From: a virus
Lineage: Duplodnaviria > Heunggongvirae > Uroviricota > Caudoviricetes
Length of the DNA stretch: 10,296 nucleotides
Reading direction: 5' to 3' (one strand)
IMG/VR virus record: IMGVR_UViG_2548876863_000020
Coordinates: 1-10,296 of that record
The notes beneath the pieces are model-generated. The model saw nothing but the letters and a program-made list of their open reading frames with translations. It searched no databases and was not told the origin of the DNA. The position numbers and the translations under genes were made by a program. Below, piece after piece: positions 7,022-10,296 of this stretch (its first letter is position 1; each line of letters begins with the position of its first letter).

Positions 7022-7054
7022 AAATAAGAAAATAAAGGCCACCATCAGGCAGCC
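7022..7054 (-). terminator. Putative intrinsic terminator (minus strand) after ral-like gene
   Basis: Minus-strand RNA GGCUGCC-UGAU-GGUGGCC (7 bp including two G-U pairs) followed by UUUAUUUUCUUAUUU; the ral-like stop TGA is in the loop. Confidence 0.45.
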
Positions 7055-7245
7055 TTGTTGTTCTGTTTACCAAGTTCTCTGGCAATCATTGCCGTAGTTC
7101 GTATTGCCCATTTATCGACATATTTCCCATCCTCCATTACAGGAAGCATTTCTTCAGGCTTAACCATGCATTCCGATTGCAGCTTGCATCCATTGCATCG
7201 CTTGAATTGTCCACACCATTGATTTTTATCAATAGTCGTAGTCAT
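7045..7245 (-). CDS. ral: Ral-like restriction-alleviation protein (66 aa), cysteine-rich
   Basis: ATG 7245..7243. Sequence MTTTIDKNQWCGQFKRCNGCKLQSEC... matches my recollection of lambda Ral closely, and it lies downstream of N in the pL operon as ral does in lambda. Not verified by search. Confidence 0.5.
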   Translation of the reverse strand: MTTTIDKNQWCGQFKRCNGCKLQSECMVKPEEMLPVMEDGKYVDKWAIRTTAMIARELGKQNNKAA

Positions 7246-7323
7246 ACGGATAGTCCTGGTATTGTTCCATCACATCCTGCGGATGCTCTTCGAACTCTTC
7301 AAATTCTTCTTCCATATCTCACC

Positions 7324-7623
7324 TCAAATAAGTGGTTTGCTGCCTAATTTCATTTTCTGGCAACCAACACAAGTCACACCCATTTCACTGCGTGGCTTGC
7401 GGTAGTAAATACGGTTCTGTTTACGCTCGACTTCTTCTTTCTTCTTGCAGCAAAGGCTTCCTAGCGATGCTGCTTTGTCTGCTCTGACGCAACCAGAGAG
7501 CTTTAGCGCAATTTTTCGCGCCAGTCGCTGCTCTTGCATCGCCTGTTCACGTTGAGCCTGTCTGCGTGCTCTGCGGCGATTTCTGGCGTTATCGTCAGCC
7601 AGATATGTAATGACTACTGTCAT
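7324..7623 (-). CDS. N: Antitermination protein N (99 aa)
   Basis: ATG 7623..7621 with GGAGG 5 nt upstream (track ORF extends further with a non-ATG start). Arginine-rich motif NARNRRRARRQAQREQ near the N-terminus; C-terminus ERKQNRIYYRKPRSEMGVTCVGCQKMKLGSKPLI parallels lambda N (ERKNQRTWYSKPGERGITCSGRQKIKGKSIPLI, recalled). Confidence 0.85.
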   Translation of the reverse strand: MTVVITYLADDNARNRRRARRQAQREQAMQEQRLARKIALKLSGCVRADKAASLGSLCCKKKEEVERKQNRIYYRKPRSEMGVTCVGCQKMKLGSKPLI

Positions 7624-7678
7624 GTTGACCTCCGATGAAACAACTTTGGAATTGATAGTGATTGCAAAGTGGTTTCTG

Positions 7679-7707
7679 GCCCCTCGAACTGAGGGGCAGA
7701 AAGAGCA
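7679..7707 (-). promoter_or_regulatory. GC-rich hairpin with boxA-like flank in the N leader (function uncertain)
   Basis: Minus-strand RNA UGCUCUUUCU then GCCCCUC-AGUUC-GAGGGGC (7-bp perfect stem), about 55 nt upstream of the N start; no U tract after it, so not a classical terminator. Confidence 0.35.
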
Positions 7708-7936
7708 TCTCGCCACCTAATAGGTCGATGCTCGGATCGAGAGATTTAATTAACCTCGGTTTTGAAGTTATGCATTCACATAAATCCTCCTACCTCTTGT
7801 GCAGCTTTCTTGAATATGGTGGCGGCTGCATAACGCCTATGGAATTGACTTTGGCGGTGACGCGCCGGGTGCTTATCTTCCGGTTGCCGTCGTGCAGCTG
7901 CACTTCACGTCACCCCAAAGCCAACTACTCTTTGGT

Positions 7937-7978
7937 TCCCGCATTTCGGCGGGACAATCCCATCAATGTTAAAGAGCA
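7937..7978 (-). promoter_or_regulatory. nutL (boxA + boxB)
   Basis: Minus-strand RNA UGCUCUUUAAC (boxA-like; consensus CGCUCUUUA) followed after 14 nt by hairpin UCCCGC-CGAAAU-GCGGGA. The same boxA plus identical boxB occurs in the same transcript orientation downstream of cro. Confidence 0.7.
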
Positions 7979-8023
7979 TGCCAATCTGTTCCGTTTGGCT
8001 ACCAGCGTCCTGCTGATGGCTAA

Positions 8024-8052
8024 AGAATACTGTAGGTATTTTATTGTGTAAA
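8024..8052 (-). promoter_or_regulatory. pL candidate (-35 TTTACA, 17-nt spacer, -10 TATTCT on minus strand)
   Basis: Read on the minus strand: TTTACA (plus 8047-8052), spacer of 17, TATTCT (plus 8024-8029). Same -10 hexamer as the pR candidate; overlaps OL1, about 40 nt upstream of nutL. Confidence 0.45.
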
Positions 8053-8110
8053 TACCCAAGGTATTTATTTTTGGTGAAATAATGATAAGCAAATGAATAC
8101 AAAGGATATT
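8026..8110. promoter_or_regulatory. OL operator cluster (three 15-bp palindromic sites)
   Basis: AATAC-TGTAG-GTATT (8026-8040), AATAC-CCAAG-GTATT (8051-8065), AATAC-AAAGG-ATATT (8096-8110). Same AATAC-N5-GTATT motif as in the cI-cro intergenic region. Confidence 0.6.
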
Positions 8111-8197
8111 TATTTTTTTCGGTGTCTGCTTGTTCAGTGCTTTTTATGCGGGATATGTGAAGTGGATCCCGATAGCTATTGCTGCCGGGATTATGAG

Positions 8198-8566
8198 TTA
8201 GTCAGCGAAGGTTAAGACGAGAATTACCTTAATGATGTCTGCTACAACAGACACGGCCATAGATAAACCAAAGACGATCCAAGCCATAGAGATGTCTTCA
8301 CTACCATCGTATAGAGTTCCGTAATCACTGGTGTAAGGCGTAAATGTCGCGCCTTGATACAACAGGTATAAGCTTGAACCATAGAGGATAAATGCAGATA
8401 TCCCTTGTATTGCTATGATCACTAGAATCATGAAACGAGCTGATCTATGCGCCCAAGCCTGGCTTATTTTTTCTGATAGAGATTTCGCAATAAAAGCATG
8501 CGCTAAGCCGTAAATTGTCGAGATTGCCAACATCCCAAAAAAGCTTGCTATAGCGGTTCCAACCAT
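8198..8566 (-). CDS. Small integral membrane protein (about 122 aa, three predicted TM helices) co-transcribed downstream of cI
   Basis: ORF-track frame 8198..8587 (TTG overlapping the cI stop); ATG 8566..8564 with AAGGGG upstream is the more likely start. Three hydrophobic stretches of roughly 25 residues each. No terminator between it and cI. Confidence 0.65.
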   Translation of the reverse strand: MVGTAIASFFGMLAISTIYGLAHAFIAKSLSEKISQAWAHRSARFMILVIIAIQGISAFILYGSSLYLLYQGATFTPYTSDYGTLYDGSEDISMAWIVFGLSMAVSVVADIIKVILVLTFAD

Positions 8567-8583
8567 AAGCGCCCCTTGCGTGA

Positions 8584-9300
8584 TCAAACCAGCCTTAGTT
8601 TTGTCTCAATTGCAACGCCTATAATCTTGCAGTTTCCATTGATTGGCACGAGAGGCCATGCAGGGTTAAGTCCCTTGAGGTATTTATTTCCGCCGTCGAT
8701 TATCAGCTTCTTGAATGTTGCTTCGTTAGAGTCAGAAAGTTTTGCTATGACCAAGCTGCCGTTGATCGCCTCCCTTCCGGTATCGAAAAGAACGAATGTT
8801 CCCTCTGGAATGCTTAACCCAACCGGTGCCGTCATTGAATCACCTTCCACTTTAAGCCAGAACGCATTACCTTGAATATGCGCGTCAGACTCAAGCCAAA
8901 CATCTATGTCTTTAATGGTGTATGGTTCGCATGCTTCACACCACGAGCCAGCCTGGATACTGCTTAACACCGGATACCTCTTTCCTGCTCTGTATTCCCC
9001 TGCATACCTTACGTTGGCATCGCTCTTAAGGCTTTCTGCCTGTTCTGCAACCTTGGCAGCAATTGACTGGCTAAAATCAGCAATTGAGACTTGCAACAGT
9101 CGTGCAAAACCAGATGCAACCTCAACGTTTAGCGCGTTTCTGCCATTAAGATAATGCCCTACCGCTCCTTGGGTGATACCCAGTTCATCAGCGATTGAGT
9201 ATTGGGTTATTCCCAATTCTTTCTTTTTTGACTCATACAAAGCCTTAAGCCGCTTAGCGTCTTCGAGCTGTTCTGTCGTCAGTGATTTTTTATTTTCCAT
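8584..9300 (-). CDS. cI: CI-type prophage repressor (238 aa), HTH plus S24 autopeptidase domain
   Basis: Strong resemblance to lambda CI as recalled (LTTEQLEDAKRLKALYESKKKELG...). Ala-Gly cleavage site in IQAGSW, catalytic Ser in EGDSMTAP, Lys in TFKKLI. Divergent from cro with operators between them. Confidence 0.95.
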   Translation of the reverse strand: MENKKSLTTEQLEDAKRLKALYESKKKELGITQYSIADELGITQGAVGHYLNGRNALNVEVASGFARLLQVSIADFSQSIAAKVAEQAESLKSDANVRYAGEYRAGKRYPVLSSIQAGSWCEACEPYTIKDIDVWLESDAHIQGNAFWLKVEGDSMTAPVGLSIPEGTFVLFDTGREAINGSLVIAKLSDSNEATFKKLIIDGGNKYLKGLNPAWPLVPINGNCKIIGVAIETKLRLV

Positions 9301-9306
9301 AGCTTA

Positions 9307-9335
9307 ATTCTAATAGCTAAGGTACTTAAACTAAA
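9307..9335 (-). promoter_or_regulatory. pRM candidate, leaderless or near-leaderless cI transcript
   Basis: On the minus strand, TAGAAT (plus 9307-9312) ends 6 nt before the cI ATG and there is no Shine-Dalgarno, as for lambda pRM; the -35 is weak (TTTAGT). Confidence 0.35.
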
Positions 9336-9375
9336 AATACCCTAAGTATTGATTGCTTTGAATACCTGTAGTATT
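9312..9375. promoter_or_regulatory. OR operator cluster (OR3, OR2, OR1)
   Basis: AATAG-CTAAG-GTACT (9312-9326), AATAC-CCTAA-GTATT (9336-9350), AATAC-CTGTA-GTATT (9361-9375); centre-to-centre spacing 24-25 bp. Confidence 0.65.
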
Positions 9376-9377
9376 CT
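9349..9377 (+). promoter_or_regulatory. pR candidate (-35 TTGATT, 17-nt spacer, -10 TATTCT)
   Basis: -35 at 9349-9354 overlaps OR2; -10 at 9372-9377 overlaps OR1; about 30 nt upstream of the cro start. Confidence 0.5.
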
Positions 9378-9406
9378 TTGTTCATGGTTAATAACGGAGA
9401 GTGCAT

Positions 9407-9601
9407 ATGATTCGAATGACACTTGCCGATTACGCCAAAATCCATGGACAGGCTAAAGCAGCCAGTGACTTTGGTGTAATCCAGTGCGCTATCAGCAAGG
9501 CCATTCTGGCAGGCCGTAACATTATGGTTACGGTAAAGCCTGATGGCAGTGTGATTGGAGAGGAAGTTCGTCCTTTCCCAAGCAACAAGAAAAACAAATA
9601 G
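9407..9601 (+). CDS. cro: Cro repressor (64 aa)
   Basis: ATG 9407 with GGAGA 6 nt upstream (track ORF begins at GTG 9401). Resembles lambda Cro as recalled (ITLKDYA..FGQTK.A.DLGV.QSAINKAI.AGR...DGSV..EEV.PFPSNKK). Confidence 0.9.
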   Translation: MIRMTLADYAKIHGQAKAASDFGVIQCAISKAILAGRNIMVTVKPDGSVIGEEVRPFPSNKKNK

Positions 9602-9607
9602 TAACAC

Positions 9608-9652
9608 CGCTCTTTAACAGTCATGGTCCTCATTCCCGCCGAAATGCGGGAA
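9608..9652 (+). promoter_or_regulatory. nutR (boxA + boxB)
   Basis: CGCTCTTTA at 9608-9616 (boxA consensus), then hairpin TTCCCGC-CGAAAT-GCGGGAA at 9633-9652, identical to the nutL boxB, immediately after the cro stop. Confidence 0.75.
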
Positions 9653-9658
9653 TACAAC

Positions 9659-9690
9659 GCGCACAAGTTGATGCGCATAACTTCTTATTA
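9659..9690 (+). terminator. tR1 candidate
   Basis: Hairpin GCGCA-caagttga-TGCGC followed by a moderately U-rich AUAACUUCUUAUU, between nutR and cII. Weak as an intrinsic terminator; could be Rho-dependent as in lambda. Confidence 0.3.
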
Positions 9691-9709
9691 GTTAAGGAAA
9701 TACTTACAT

Positions 9710-9988
9710 ATGCAACTTACAAGTACTCGCAAGAAAGCGAATGCAATTACAAGCAACATCCTGAATCGAATTGCTGTACGTGGTCAGCGAAAGGTTGCCG
9801 ACGCGTTAGGGATTAATGAATCGCAAATTTCGCGATGGAAAGACAGCTTCATCCCAAAAATGGGAATGCTTCTGGCTGTTCTTGAATGGGGTGTTGAAGA
9901 CGAGGAGTTGGCGGAACTGGCTAAGAAAGTAGCCAGAATGCTGACAAAAGAAAAAGCCCCGAAGAACGGCGAATTCTTCGAGGCCTGA
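9710..9988 (+). CDS. cII: CII transcriptional activator (92 aa)
   Basis: ATG 9710 with AAGGAAA upstream. Resembles lambda CII as recalled (KSQISRWK....[14 protein letters not shown]...A.LA..VA..LT). Confidence 0.9.
   Translation: MQLTSTRKKANAITSNILNRIAVRGQRKVADALGINESQISRWKDSFIPKMGMLLAVLEWGVEDEELAELAKKVARMLTKEKAPKNGEFFEA
9944..9980 (-). terminator. oop-like antisense terminator inside the cII 3' end
   Basis: Minus-strand RNA CGAAGAA-UUCGCCG-UUCUUCG (7-bp stem) followed by GGGCUUUUUCUUUUG; position matches the lambda oop RNA terminator. Confidence 0.35.
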
Positions 9989-10022
9989 TGTAGAAAGACT
10001 GGATCAATCCACAGGAGTAATT

Positions 10023-10169
10023 ATGACAAAACAACTCAGTCCTTACCAGGACAAAATTCACAAACACATACTACGTGATCGCTTCCTGTCCAGCTTCAAG
10101 CAGCCTGGTCGATTCCGGGCTGAGTTGGAAAAAGTGAAGCTGATGCAGAAGGAGAAAGGTCATGAGTAA
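10023..10169 (+). CDS. Small hypothetical protein (48 aa), below the ORF-track cutoff
   Basis: ATG 10023 with AGGAG 6 nt upstream; translates [48 protein letters not shown]; stop 10167-10169. Confidence 0.4.
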   Translation: MTKQLSPYQDKIHKHILRDRFLSSFKQPGRFRAELEKVKLMQKEKGHE

Positions 10170-10296
10170 TCTTGCAACCGTAACACATTTAAGGCCTTCA
10201 CAACGGCCTGTGGAGCGTCGTGTGGCAGAAGTTGAAGATGGTTATACTGAACCGCCCCGGGAATCCTGGAGACTAAACTCCCTGAGAAAGAGGTAA
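10162..10296 (+). CDS. Small ORF (44 aa) with an N-terminus reminiscent of replication protein O; ends at the window edge
   Basis: ATG 10162 with AGGAG upstream, overlapping the previous stop by 8 nt. [10 protein letters not shown]...[11 protein letters not shown] parallels lambda O MTNTAKILNF...RNVADLDDGYA (recalled); stop TAA at 10294-10296. Every forward frame has a stop in the last 60 nt. Confidence 0.4.
   Translation: MSNLATVTHLRPSQRPVERRVAEVEDGYTEPPRESWRLNSLRKR

Noticed and set aside
7662-8102. Plus-strand 129-aa ORF (7662..8051) and minus-strand 65-aa ORF (7905..8102)
   Set aside because: Both run across nutL, pL and the OL operators; the region is better explained as the regulatory leader.
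8576-9154. Plus-strand ORFs 8576..8875 and 8906..9154
   Set aside because: Antisense within cI, whose identity is strongly supported.
9326-9678. Minus-strand ORFs 9326..9607 and 9430..9678
   Set aside because: Antisense to cro and nutR, starting in the operator region; no support.
1-10296. CRISPR arrays, tRNA/rRNA genes, IS elements or transposase
   Set aside because: No regularly spaced direct repeats, no cloverleaf-like or rRNA-like sequences, and no transposase-like ORF or terminal inverted repeats were seen; the only repeats are operator sites and terminator modules.

Overview
This window reads as the early-left operon and immunity region of a lambda-like (lambdoid) prophage. All calls rest on reading the sequence and on family resemblances recalled from memory; no database search was run. 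Genes on the minus strand run from N (7324-7623) leftward through ral-like, cIII-like, a RecT recombination module and about ten accessory ORFs to an Xis/AlpA-like gene at 1-201, so integrase and att presumably lie just left of the window. The immunity core is complete: cI (8584-9300, minus) with an intact RecA-type autocleavage motif, three 15-bp operators each in OR and OL (AATAC-N5-GTATT), cro (9407-9601), nutL/nutR sharing the same boxA-boxB unit, and cII (9710-9988). Where the O replication gene is expected there are only two short overlapping ORFs, the second stopping at the last base of the window. The most interesting candidates are a small three-helix membrane protein co-transcribed with cI, a RecT module with no visible partner exonuclease, a block of uncharacterised translationally coupled genes (2522-4220), and two separate restriction-alleviation-like genes. 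No tRNA, rRNA, CRISPR array or transposase was seen.
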